From Sphaeroforma arctica JP610 (lineage: Eukaryota): DNA of 64,000 nucleotides. The stretch is taken from assembly GCF_001186125.1 (NCBI RefSeq), contig NW_014040542.1, forward strand, positions 51,861-115,860. Reading direction: 5' to 3'. The translations under genes and the position numbers were made by a program. The notes under the pieces were generated by a model. It saw only the letters and a program-made list of their open reading frames with translations, ran no database searches and was not told the DNA's origin. This document shows positions 25,906-39,262 of the stretch, in pieces (positions within the stretch are counted from its first letter, which is position 1; each line of letters begins with the position of its first letter).

Positions 25906-28900
25906 TATATATTATATATATATATATATATATACATACATACATATAATATATATATATATATAATATCATTTATGTGTAAAAACACCTATCCATACAT
26001 AGAATAATACTTACTACTATTGTACTGTATATATTCACATACCTTTGTATCGCACCTGGTCCGCAATCATTCGCTCTTCCCTCTCCCGAGACCGCTGCAC
26101 GGCCGACTCCAGATCTCTAATCTTGGTATTGAGTATCACATCGCTATCGGACTTTGCTTTCAGTGCCTCGTTTTCCTTCTTTAACCGCTTGAACTACATT
26201 AGGATAGTACCGCAAGTGCTTAGTACTTGGAAGAGGTGCAGAAGCAAAATACATAGAGTGGTCTGTAAGAGATTGAGCTCTTAGTGTATTGCCGGGGTTA
26301 ATCCTAAGAAGTTCAAGCGACCATGCATGGCGTACAGTAAAAGCCATGACATGGTAGCAAGTGTGGCCCAGAATGCTAACAAACATATACCAATAAAGTG
26401 CAGTTGAACTCCAGGATAGCACAAGTGGTTCCCATACCGAAAAACAATAGCTGCCTCGATATGTAGCATACGCATCACAAGCAAACATTATAATCAGCCT
26501 TTACACTCGAGCAGCTGATCATATGCGCGGACCATCCACCCACCTGCACTTCTAGCAGACGATAATCTTTGACCTCTCGTTGCAGCATGGTGATCATCTC
26601 CCGGTCGGCTTCGGACGAGTTTCCTGTGCTGGGTGTAGAAGTGCTGCAACAAATACCCAGTAGTGCGAATTAGTCGAGGTATCGAAAACGTGCACACAAC
26701 TGATACGTGGAAGTTCTGCAACAAAACACGATAGCGTGAACTAGCCGAGGTATCGAACACGTGTACACATCTGATATGTTGAAGTGCTGTAGTATCACAC
26801 GTTACAACGAACTAGTCAGAGCATGAAAAATGAAAACCAACACTACCAATTTTGCGCAAAACTGATGTTTTCACAATTAGCATTCTTGATCTCCCATTCC
26901 ACCCACTGCATATCGTCACATAATAACTAGCACAACTCACCTCGTATTTTCAAGTGTTGCAGAACCGATACCCTTTCCTTTCTCCCCACCGTCACCCTTC
27001 AGGCGTGCAATCTCGCGCCTCAAGTCAGCGTTCTCATTGGCCAAGTGAACGTCATGCTTAGTTTTCGTAAGGTACGCAGACAGCTCCTCTGCTAACCCAT
27101 GCACACCCTGTTCAGCGAGGCGTGACTTCTGAGTGTTGATAGACAGACTCTGGCTGAGCACAGATACATTGCGACTGTGCCTGGACTCCAGCTGCAAGAG
27201 GGGGAGGGCCAAGGAAGTAACAGAGGGCAGGCTGAGAATAAGTTAGTCTTAAAGGATATCGTCAACGCGAGAAAATCCTGTTTCAGTCTTAAAATGTGAA
27301 TAGTACCGTAGAGTTTCATACCAACTATACGTTATTGAAGCACATGACCATCTCCCACGATTTCAATACTCGTTTATTGAAACGGGCGCGTGAAAACAAC
27401 ACAATATCCCGTTTACACCATGCAGCTCAAAAATACACGAATACCCCAAGTGCCACATATAGTACACCGCAACTGACAAATGTCGTTAAGAAAGCTCGTT
27501 CAAGGAGACTTTTAAGATGTTTAATCGCACCCTACAGAACACCAATTGGGAAACACACCAAACAAACCGCAATTCCAGCCGCATACCTCCTTCATCTCTT
27601 GTTTCACTGCGGCTGTCTTGCTTTCCAGCTCCCGCTGTTCTTGCTCCGCCCTTTGTGAAACTTGACGGAGCTTAATGTAACAACAGACGAAAGACTGAGA
27701 TGATAGCAAACGGCTTGTATTGGCAACGAAAGCCCAGATTGATCGATAGGCTGGATGTAGTAGCGATGGTATGTTGCGATGACATTGTGACCACATCACT
27801 CTTTTATACACCCTACCACAGCGGTGCAGAACACGCTCAGCAAGCATAGTATTTCAGTGCACACACACTAAACACAGCATCTCAGAGCACACACGGCACA
27901 TATACATACCTGTTCCTCCACAGCAGCACACTGTTCTCGGATGTTGTTATACCGTTGCACAGCCAGATCATGCTGGACGCGCATGTTGTCGGCTGCAGAT
28001 GTGGCCTCTTGTGCTTTGGCACTTTTCTCCTCAATAAGCCGTTGTAGCGTGTTTGTTTCCTATTGCAGCACAAAGATGATGGGAATGAAGGATCGGGATG
28101 AGTACTTCGAGATCCACCTCAAAAGCTCAAGTGTTGATGACACATTATATGTTAAACAACATGAATATCACTGAGGAGAAGCATTTGAGACACTGAGGTA
28201 CACAGAAACCCCGAGAAACGACACATTAACATCGAAAAACACACTCATACGAGAAGAAAAATGGGATCTGGACAACGTCCACATAGCACACCGGCCACAC
28301 CGCACTCACTGACCCGAAAGAGTAGTGTCCATACACCCTCTGCAGGAGTGATATATCCATGACTATCCACACACACGCACAAGTCGTCCTGGAAACTTGC
28401 ATGCACACCTACTAAAACCACAACAACCAGAGAACGATCACAGATCACCTCTACCATATACCTCTGTATACCGCTCCTTTTCACGATGCAGCGTCCGCGT
28501 GGCCTGTTGCGCGCGTGCTTCGGATGTCGAAAGGGCTGAACGTAGCGAAAGCACTTCCTGGTGCATCTGGGCGAGTCTATCGGCCGCAGACGGTTGGGTG
28601 TGGGTGCTGGATGTGCTCGATGACTGCGTGTTGTTGCACTGGGGTGTGTCGTTGGCGGAGTGTTCTGGCGAACCCACACCAGCCAGCCGTCTATAACGAA
28701 GGATGGAAGATACAGCAAGGCATAAAGCTATAATGAGGACGAGACATACATGTGGATGTGCACAATTGACCTCGGCACATAGGTCTTTAGGCAAATTTGC
28801 ATACTATTGGGCCGGGTGTACGGGGAGGACATAAGGCCTACTTATGTAAATTGACACACCTCATAGAAGTATACGGCAGCAATTGTGTATACATATACAT

Positions 28901-28952
28901 ACATACACACATACGTACATACATACATACATACATACATACATACATACAT

Positions 28953-29013
<61 letters not shown>

Positions 29014-29205
29014 AATATATGTATTTATTTACGTACATACATAGATACATAGATGCATATATATATATATATATATATATACATGCATAGGTACATAGAT
29101 ACATAGATACATACAAATTTACATACCTATATATATAGTATATACATACATACGTACATCCGTGCATAGATACATAGATACATACATGCATATATATACA
29201 TAGAC

Positions 29206-29242
<37 letters not shown>

Positions 29243-30069
29243 TATATATATAATAACATATAATTGATATTTGAGAGCATGTGAACACTTTTACCCGTAT
29301 ATGAATACTGTCAACATTTGTATGAGTATATACGTATATATTTAGATATACGTCCGCAAGTAGAAGGATACGCAATATGAATCTGTTTAATCTTCCAAGA
29401 TTTCTATAGAGACATTAACAACGAACCTATGTTGTACACAAATACAGGCTTACACAGGTCATGCAAGACCTATTCCAGAGTTTTATACCTTCATATGTAT
29501 AGGTATACGAGATACAATTAACAGATGCCAAGACTGCCCATCAAACTATATAAAAAACACGTCGATAATAAGAGAATATGTATGTAAGTAAGAATATCTC
29601 GCATTGAAGGTGTAGACAGCTATCTGAATTTGATGACCTATCTATAGTCGCCCCAGCATTGACGAATCCCAACGTATGCGCCAATAAGCGCAATTAGTTG
29701 AGAACAGCAACTCCATTATGTTAGTACATTTAGCTAACGTAGACGTAGCAGTTATTACTTGAGCAGGCTCTCAGACACATAATCATACGAATCCTAGCAC
29801 CGATGCCGAGCATTATATAGAGTATTACATCTTAAAACTTGATAACAAATATATGTGCAAAGTACATCTTAGAAACATCAACTAGGTGACGCCTCAATAT
29901 CGACTGCAAGCCAAGACTTCAGCTCGATGGCAAATTTTCAGTTCAACTGATATTCCAGAAAGAGTGTGCGAGTCAGATGTGCCCTGACTGATACGTACTA
30001 ATGATTCACTCACCTTTTCTTAAAGTTCACCATCGACATCAAGTCGCTTGGCGCATTATACCTGTCCAT
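16927..30069 (-). CDS. MAD1: Mitotic spindle assembly checkpoint protein MAD1; 17 exons
   Basis: Exons 30069-30014, 28690-28462, 28059-27910, 27670-27587, 27191-26941, 26643-26544, 26193-26043, 24899-24811, 23967-23789, 23043-22899, 22534-22331, 22046-21936, 20330-20193, 19243-19157, 18606-18469, 17855-17784, 17013-16927 join in phase. The product is a long coiled coil with the Mad2-binding motif [16 protein letters not shown]. It ends in the MAD1 C-terminal domain [15 protein letters not shown]...YKLLSIYAE...DLLESEYS...[18 protein letters not shown]. The first exon is least certain. Confidence 0.92.
21190..21935. repeat. Degenerate intronic minisatellite, ~60-bp unit with ~120-bp dimer structure (MAD1 intron)
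   Basis: About 12 copies of catgatacggctg...ttc(a/g)agtagtacaat..., alternating ctgccgcagctgtgcat and acgtttgggtag variants. Confidence 0.85.
26636..26822. repeat. Diverged ~70-bp tandem repeat, ~2.6 copies, overlapping a MAD1 splice acceptor
   Basis: gaagt(g/t)ctg...gaa(t/c)tag(t/c)cgaggtatcgaa(a/c)acgtg(c/t)acaca recurs at ~70-bp spacing. Confidence 0.75.
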
Positions 30070-30927
30070 ATTGGCAACGCACAATCACAAAAGCTTGCAC
30101 TTGACAAGTGGTTGGTTTAGCGTATCTGAAGTTTAATGTACTCGTGACCGGTGATACTCTCGGCCACCACGAGAATGTGCGTGTTATAAACCTAAACACA
30201 TACACTAGACAAAAAAGGTCTGTAACGGTGTAGGATTAATATGTACCTAAAGTAAATATCTATGTATACTTTTGAAAATAAATTGTTATTTATATTTAGT
30301 GCCCCTGATCGGAATGCTACACGACATACAATGAAGGTAAATATGACAATATGCAGGGCTGATATGTTAAAATACCTCTATAGGACTATAGTGAAACACC
30401 GTATTTAATACAGACTATTTTTTTAAATATTTTGTTTAATATTATTTACACGACATTCTATTAACGAAGCGCCGGCAACTCGGATCATTTATCCGTACAT
30501 ACCCGTCATACCGAACTTTTCGCCAAAAATAATGACGCATTCATTTTACTATACATAGAGTTGTTGCATATAAATATATATCCAGGTTCCCACTTTGTAT
30601 GTACTATTGATCAGCCCCCTTGTTGGACACATACGTGTCATTGAGAGGAGGCTACTTGCCTGTGTAGACTGCCATAGAAGCTAGTCAGCACACACTGTAG
30701 CAGTATATCTTGCCAGCTGTAAATACGTTCGAAGATAAAAAAGTACTGCAAACGTGGTATTTACGCTTGAAATAGGTTTTCCGATACACTTGTACTTGAG
30801 CCTTTGAGGCTGGGCGTATCGTACGCACCACGAATGAGTGTTTAACCCTAGTGTATGGACATTTAGCGCATACACACAGTTATATATGAAGGAAGGGCGT
30901 ACTTTTAGAAACACTCATCAGATCATC

Positions 30928-31601
30928 ATGCCCTTGGAATTGTCACACAAGCATAATCAGAATGAATGTCTTGAGGGGTCGGAGCGGCGGGAGGAGCTCG
31001 TGCGGATACAAATCCAGGCGTTACGAAGCATGGGCTACGAGTATGTCAGAACTGTCCATGTCTAAAACTCTCCTTGAATCATTTTTGTCTAAGTTATTCT
31101 ATGTCTGATTGCCAGCTCGTCTATCCTTGCAACTGACCATACATAAACGCCATGCCCGATTGGATGTGCGTGAAGTCGATGGTCGGAGTGTTGTTAATTA
31201 ACACACGAAATGTGTGACTACTGCACTTGCAAGTGAAAGCATTGATTATCCGCACCAGATTCCTGTGCACACTAGCTCCATGTAAAGTATTGTACATCTA
31301 TTGCAGATCGCATTCAATGATTGTCATTTACGTGTATGCGGGATTCTCTCGGCACACAACCGACACCGTGGAGCTCCTCTCCTGCTTTTGCACGCTAGTA
31401 AGACGTTCGCTCACTTGTCCACAAATATGTTCAGATTCTTCTCAGACTCTTTTTATCTGTATCTGCTACTCTTTTTGCGACTCTATCTGCGTATATCATT
31501 TTTTCGAACATAGAAACTATTTCATATACACGAATCTGAACATCAAGCGCGTGTGCACACGTGGAAACACGCACGTGTACACACACACACATACACACAT
31601 A

Positions 31602-31638
<37 letters not shown>

Positions 31639-31659
31639 ATATATGTATATATACAAGTA

Positions 31660-31690
<31 letters not shown>

Positions 31691-31702
31691 GTATACATAT
31701 AT

Positions 31703-31771
<69 letters not shown>

Positions 31772-31881
31772 ATATACATATACATACCCCCCCCCACACA
31801 CACATATATATATATATATACATGTGTGTATATATATACATGTGTGTATATATATACACACACGCACACACACATAAAAAA

Positions 31882-31939
<58 letters not shown>

Positions 31940-31967
31940 CCATATTATATATACTTATGCATATATA

Positions 31968-32042
<75 letters not shown>

Positions 32043-35000
32043 ATATATATATATTTATGCATATATATATATATATATATTTATATTATATATATATATA
32101 TATATATATATTAGGGTTCGGTGTGAATTCTTATGTTGTGAGTTGACTGCTTTGCTTGTCATTTCTTCTTCTTTATTCTGCGACTGAAGTTTAGAACTTA
32201 TAGTGCTTCTAATAAACGTTCATGCACCTTCCACCCATAGACAAAGTGCTGAGCTGCTGCAGAGGGAGTCCGGGTTCAAGCTTGAGTCCGATGTCGTGCA
32301 GAGCTTTCGCGAGTGTTTGTTGAAGGGAGAGTGGACATCTGTGCTGGCCTTCATAGACGATGCTCTACGAGACGAGCCGAATAAGAAAAACGAAGTGGCG
32401 TTTTTGGTCTACGAACAGGAGTATCTAGAGCACGTACATAACGGAGAGACGGTTTCCGCATTGGAGTGTTTGCAGACGCGGCTCACACCGCTGGTGATGA
32501 AAGTATGCTGACATGATTTTAAAAGTCTCGTCACGTATTGCTACTTGTTTGTGTATGGATACCTATACGCGTACTATTTTCGGGTGGCAAGAATACATGT
32601 ATCAATATATCGCCAGTTTTCAAAACAGATCTAATTATACTTGTGTCGTCTCTAGATACTGCGCTCAGTAGTCTGAAACGCATGCACGATCGATTCTTTC
32701 TGTTCGCGTATCTCATGTTGTAGACCCATGAGAGTTACATATAAAATTTGATCGATTTCAGTGAGCTTGTGGAGTTCTTAAGAGAACCTGGCCCTCATAT
32801 TCGTGAAGATCGTGCGTACTGCCTCGTTTCTCTGGTTATCAGGAATACGGGTCTACGCCTTCTAGATCTAAACATGTTTGCACTCTCTTAGTTATGGTCT
32901 GTGCGCCGCCATATTGCGTCTGACTCCTCACCCACAGATGGTTTCGTATATCTCTGCTTAACCCCAGTCTCGTCACTATCTTTTTGCGCGTATGTACTAC
33001 AGGCAGAAGCAGTCTCAGGGACCACAGAACAGGTGAGGGTGCTATCGTCAACGAGGTTACACTCTCTCAGCAGTGTGCTCATGTGCGATGGCCCAAGCGT
33101 GCTTGAATCGAAGATGCACTGGGGCTCGGGTAGTAACCAGTATGTTGTTGCCGTATTGGACCGCCAGGGTATTGCTCAGTTTAGACTAGTGGATTTCATA
33201 TGTGATTCATGTATACTTTATTTTTGCCACGGATATATTTTTCACATGAAATATATGATTATGAACTGTACACGATGCCTGTTTCTCCATTCATACAGGC
33301 AGGCATGCATAGGCAAATGTACATATACTTTGAGTTACATAGGCATGAGTTTGCCACAGACCAAGTCACTACATAGTCTTTGTATATGTAGTCGTGCTTT
33401 GTACGTATATTTAAAGATGCAGATATTCGTGGATCTGTGAGATGTATGGATGCCACACGAACGTATGCACTGACAGTTTAGTGACATGTATATAACTCGT
33501 TTTCATGAATGCACAATCAATGCGTGGTGACGTGTGTCGGAATTTTTTTGAGTGTGTTCTGCGGTGTTATTGTTCTCAGTCGTGAGAGTATTCTCCAGCG
33601 CTACAGGTTGTATGTATTCTGCATTGACTCTAGTTGTCTGGTTTATAACTGTATGCGAGAGAGCACTACACATAGAGCACAGCACTCGCCCCTTCCTACC
33701 CCTGCAAAGCCTGACAGCAGTTGTATCCGACGTTGACACGATGTGCACAATAAAGACGGGCTTGTGCATGCCAATCTTGTCTTTCAGAGTATACACTGTT
33801 TTATATCCCGGCGCAGGCACAAGTCAAGAATGGCCTTGCTGACTTCCATCCAAGGCTACTTCCCGGCTTCGCTGATGATGGCCGAGAATCGGCTGGATGC
33901 GCTCATCCACCAGGCAGAACAGTACCAACAGAGCGAGTGTAGGTACCACAACGGATCAGACCCCACACAGCCGCCGTCCCTGCTGGTGGACCACAGGTGC
34001 TCGCCCAAGAGCCTGCCACGGGTTACAAAGCATATATTCACGAACCACACAGACGAGGTGTGGTTTGTGAAGTTCTCGAACAGTGGGGAGTACTTGGCCG
34101 CCGCATCGAAGGATCAGACCGTGTGCATATGGGAGGTTGCGACGTACGCGCTCAAGCACACGCTCCGAGGACATAGTATGCCCATCTCATTTGTGAGCTG
34201 GAGCTGGGATGATAAGCTCTTGCTGACGTGCAGGTATGGTGTCGTAATTGGTGTTAGGGGTTCTAGGGTTATGGTATCGTAGATAGTGTGGCTGTTTGCC
34301 CTGTTCAAAGCGTATGTCCTTGAAAAATGGGGTAGGAATTGTTGAGCGAATACTCACACTTTTCTGTCCCAGAGACCTTGTACGCAGTGTATAGAAATAG
34401 CCCGACGAAATACTGCAGTATACTAGACTAGGGGATATGGTTGTTGGTATATACGAGACATGCTACACCAGTGCATACTCAGTGAGTGAACCAGCAAGAA
34501 GTGTTACCAACGGGCAATTTATGCTGAGTGGTAGTCTCACAACCTCCTGCTATCACTTATCACTGCGATTGGAGTGGCCAAGATATAGTCTATATCCACA
34601 AGCACACCCTGGGTTGAGTCGACCACCTTATTATTGCTACCAGGCACGGTGTGTTGATATGGGCCCTTTAAAGACATAATTTAATCATAACTTAGTGATA
34701 AAACTAAATTAATGTCCGTGTGAGATGAATTGATATCATGTCCAACACTTCCTACGCTTTTTGGTAATCACGCCAATATAAACTAGCTATCAATGCCATC
34801 AACAGAGTTGTTATTCCCGTAAATACTGCTCCAGTTAATGAATATATGCAATGTTGCAGCATCTTTATATTTTTACATCACTGAGGGCAAAACTAATCTT
34901 GCTGCGTTCGCATATCATCTGATTCTTGAATTAAAGCATGCCAATTTTCTGTTTCAGCAACGACAAGTCTGTCAGGATGTGGGATCTGGAGAAAGAAAAG

Positions 35001-37155
35001 GAAGGGGGAACGTTGCTATTAGATATACAGGAACACACACAGAGCGTTACCAGCTGTGCATGGAGTCCAAAGAAAGACTTCTTCATAAGCGCTGGACTCG
35101 ATCAGGTGAGGTGTCGCACTTTTTTATTTGTATTGTGCCTTGAAAGGTATGGGCTAGTGGTGATTTGCAGTGCTTTATCCGGCAAGTTATCATCAATTTT
35201 TTTTCAGCTGGGCATTCGGTTATGGAAAAATATTCGGATGCAAGCGTAGTCTGAGGACGTGAAGTTCTGTATCTCATGGATCGTATTTTCTCCAATAGCG
35301 ATTCCCCTTGCTGACATGTGGGTATCTGTGTGCTGTGATTCGATTATGTTGTGTACCGCTGCGTGTGCTATGGGCTTATGCGATCGGCTGTGCCAGTGTA
35401 TGGTAAGGCGTAGCTTAACTGCAATATTTTTAGGCGCTTCCAGTTGTGGTGCGACTCATTTTGAAATTCCCGGTCGCTCGCACAGCAGAGGGTAGCATAC
35501 GCCTCTCTGTTAATCATTCTGATATTCATTTGATCATATGTATATTAGTAGCTCTATACATTTTTGCTCACATAAAACTTCCGGTGGCTATGTAAACACA
35601 GCTGATGTGTGTATGGGATATGTCAGGTAATAAGCTGCACAGCTGGGAGGGCGTAAGAATCAATGATCTGTCGGTGACCCGTGATGGCAAGTACTTAGTG
35701 GGCATTTGCCATGAGAAGAAGATCCGTATCTACGACATGAAGACTTTTGCGGAGGAACAAATCCAGGAGAACGATTCTATCACCTCCCTGAGTGTTTCGG
35801 CAGATAGCAAATTCCTTCTGGTTAATCTATCATCTCAGGTGTGTGTATCTACACCGGTTGGGGCCTATCGCAATGATTTTTTCCCAGCACTGGAGAGAAT
35901 AAACTAGGAGTTTGTGCGTGTGTGTTGCGTGTGTTGCGTGTTTTTGTTTCGTGGCTGTAAATATCTCAGCGCGTGTGAATATGTGCGGGAGTATCTCAGC
36001 GTGGGTATTGGGTATAATTTCAGTCTGGCCTGGTCTTGTAAGTGATATTCTACATAAGTCAACCGATGCAGTTAAGTTTGTTCTTAGTTTGGCAATGGGT
36101 CACACCAACTCACACATTTGTCTAGTCATAGGATGCTCTCTCGATCCTGGTTGACCGTCAATAAGGAATGATGGAGGTCTGCATAGCACTCTTAAAGAAT
36201 GAAATTACGCATGATCAAGAAGATAGCTTTCCTGTCTGTCGATTCCGGCACCAGCGTATACTGGTAAGAGGTTGAAGGTCGATTAATACATCCGCAACAC
36301 TAAGACATATCACACGTTTGCGTCTTGTTGCAGGAGATTCACCTCTGGAACCTAGACGAACGGCGCCTGATTACCAAGTACTATGGCCAGAAGCAGGGGA
36401 AATTTGTTATTCGCTCGTGTTTTGGCGGCCACAACGACGCGTTTGTCATCAGCGGAAGTGAAGATTATAACATATACATGTGGCATCGGAATTCCGCCGA
36501 GTTGCTGGATGTGCTGGAAGGACATTTGGGTACAGTCAACAGGTGAGTCATTCGGGGTTGCGTAGGCCATGTATCTTGGCAGATCCGAGGCTAATGGCTC
36601 AGCCGTGTTCTGACCATACTATGACTATGGGTATACATAGACGCATATTGAGGATGAAAATTGACGAAGGATAGCGTATCCAATATCCTATATAACCGTT
36701 AACAGCCAATCGCTGAGTTATGAGAGAATTTGTTCCATAAGCTAGTATCGATGCAACCACTCTCTATCAATTCTTAATTAATTTATGGTGGAAATGTGTT
36801 ATATGTAAAACACCTGCGTGCTCACGAGCCGAGCTCTTGGTGTATACAAGATGTATCCTGGTATTGATGCCGTTAGGGTATAAACCTATCCTCGAGGTGC
36901 TGACAGATTTACATTTACTTACCGACACTTTGGTTTTCAATATCCCGCATTTTCTTTACGCGACCTGGTTTTTAATTTTCAACACTTCCTACTCACACCC
37001 ACGATCTATTTTTTCCTGTCGCACTGTCTACCACTGGCTGTGGTATTCTCAGTGTCACGTGGTCACCGACGAATCCGCGGCTCTTTGCGTCTTGCAGCGA
37101 TGACAAGACTGTACGCCTGTGGGGTGTCGATGACAATCCTTCCGGCACCTCGTGA
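30928..37155 (+). CDS. WDR26: WD repeat protein 26 / Gid7 (LisH-CTLH-WD40), CTLH E3 ligase subunit; 8 exons
   Basis: Exons 30928-31040, 32241-32502, 33003-33139, 33817-34233, 34958-35105, 35602-35838, 36334-36542, 37053-37155. Motifs include [17 protein letters not shown] (LisH), [55 protein letters not shown] and [11 protein letters not shown]. An alternative in-frame ATG lies at 30886. Confidence 0.93.
31575..32112. repeat. Long compound (AT)n/(AC)n microsatellite in WDR26 intron 1
   Basis: Dinucleotide runs are directly visible. Similar tracts lie at 1-138, 1735-2246, 9480-9702, 25655-25968, 28885-29260 and 38235-38295. Confidence 0.95.
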
Positions 37156-38251
37156 TTGATTACCGGGTGCTTTCTTCTGCTTCTGCGTACAAACGTGATG
37201 CTACTTAATTGCCGTTTGAGAAGTTCATGCTGGGGTACACACTGCACAGCCTTGCGCCAGCATCGATCATTATCGCGTTCACAAGGTGGTATTCTTGCAG
37301 TGTGGGGAGTGTACGATATACGACGCTCGGAAGGTACATGTGTGATGCGCGTCTCCCCTTTGCCTATCAAGCACATACCTACATCGTATAGAGTGCACTT
37401 TTATACGCGCGTAGTCATTATAATCTATGGGGCTATGGAGCTGGCGTATGCATTCTTCACCGACATACCTCGGGCAAATATGTTTTCGCATGGAGAGCCG
37501 ATCCAGCCATGTACATTGGCACACAGGCGAACGGTGCATGATGACAATGTAGGAATGGTAGGAGCCAAAGACTGTCTGTTGGGCTGTTGTGCCTGGAAGA
37601 CATGGCGAATATGTCGACAGTTTGGGCTAAACGGAGGCTTCAATGGACAGACAAAGAAATCAGAGACTTCAATGGATAGAAATATCTAAAAGTCAGATTA
37701 AAAGGTCTCCAACTCCAGAGGCCGATTGACTGGATACCACAAGGCCACGAATGTGCAAGGAAGCTCGTACACAACACGGAGCGGTGTCTCGTCGTAGGAA
37801 CGTTCGTGACATTGCGCAGTCAAGCCATTATCTAAAGGCATTGCGCAGGCAGAGTGAGTAGGTATTGTCAGCAAATTTCTGTCAACATCTGCTAAAACTA
37901 CTACACTTGCAAACGAAACTGGAACGTAGACACGAACAGATCGCGAAGGACCATAGCAGCAGTATACTAGACGGAACTGCAGGGTTGCAAGCCCCCTGTG
38001 CGTACAGCCATGAATAACCATATTAGCATTTAAAATAGTGCAGTTACAAAGCACTCTGGATCTCGTAATTTGCGGATTGCTCTGTCATTAAGCATGTACC
38101 GCGCAATAGTAGCGTTTTCGAACGTAGTGGTAGCAGGGTTGTCTTAGGAACCAGAGGAAGATTGACACAGAGAACGATTGCTTAATTGGAACGGAGGCAG
38201 AAAAAAATCAATAATAGTTCTTATACACGCACGCATTATATATATATTATA

Positions 38252-38283
<32 letters not shown>

Positions 38284-39262
38284 CATGTCTATATATCAAC
38301 GTAAGCTTATACAAATTAACTCGTACATAGTACACGGCAAGGAACCAGCTTGTCAGTGTATGTGCGGATGGTGTCAAAACGAGTCGATCCCTTATTTCAG
38401 GCAGCCAGGAAATTGTATTCACCAAGGATAGCAACCATTTCCGCGAGCTTTCCTCACGGCGTGTAAATATCTTGAAAGTAAAGCATTTCACGAGCACATT
38501 TGTAAATGGTCGACCAAATACATGCAAACATACAAATTCCGGGTTAAGGCACATTCAGTGTCGCACCACCAATTGAGTCCAATCGTATGGGCCACATACT
38601 ATAACATGCGCAGAATGGAAATAATTTCAGGAGATTTATATTATTTACCTGTAAGGTTAGCATTTTACCCTAGCCGGATTTATAACACATGATCGTAACC
38701 CCGCAGTACGGTTCAGTCTGTCGCGCCACTTGTGCTCCTACTTGTAAATTATTATCGCCTATAAGGCAACAAGTACTAGTTCCGAAAAATGGAAATCTCG
38801 TGCGCATTTCATGTGCATCTGAAAGATAAAAGACGTGTCGAGACATCTGTTAGATTCTTTATGAGCGTGTTGATTGTTTATTAGTCACGCGTATCGCAAC
38901 GGCTATCACCCCTGTTTCTTATTATTGCTATTATATCGCAGCCAGTGCAACTTTTTATCTCGTCGCGTTTGCACTCGCTGCACGTGCCCTGCACGTGTCA
39001 ATCCAGCTGATTGTATAGTATACACGGTATAGAGTATATATGTTGTATGCGGGTAGGAGTTCGGCTCTTCACTCTACTGCTCAGCCCTATCTGTCTCTTA
39101 TCATACGTCATCGAGCCTTTGTAGTCATCTTGCTTCGCCATTGCCTTCCAATATCTCCAAGGCTACATTTACGTATACATGGACTATCAAAGGTGATCAC
39201 ATCGTGTAGAAGCTCTCCACACCCGCGCCTCAAAGAGTATCGAGCCGAATAGACGTAGACAT

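Noticed and set aside
31227..32187. Long YIYI/CVCV ORFs here and near 1-194, 1701-2267, 9384-9841, 25538-25988 and 28797-29375
   Set aside because: They are translations of dinucleotide microsatellites, which lack stop codons.
37156..38554. Several 80-177-aa ORFs downstream of WDR26
   Set aside because: No motifs or consistent exon chain; likely 3' UTR or intergenic sequence.
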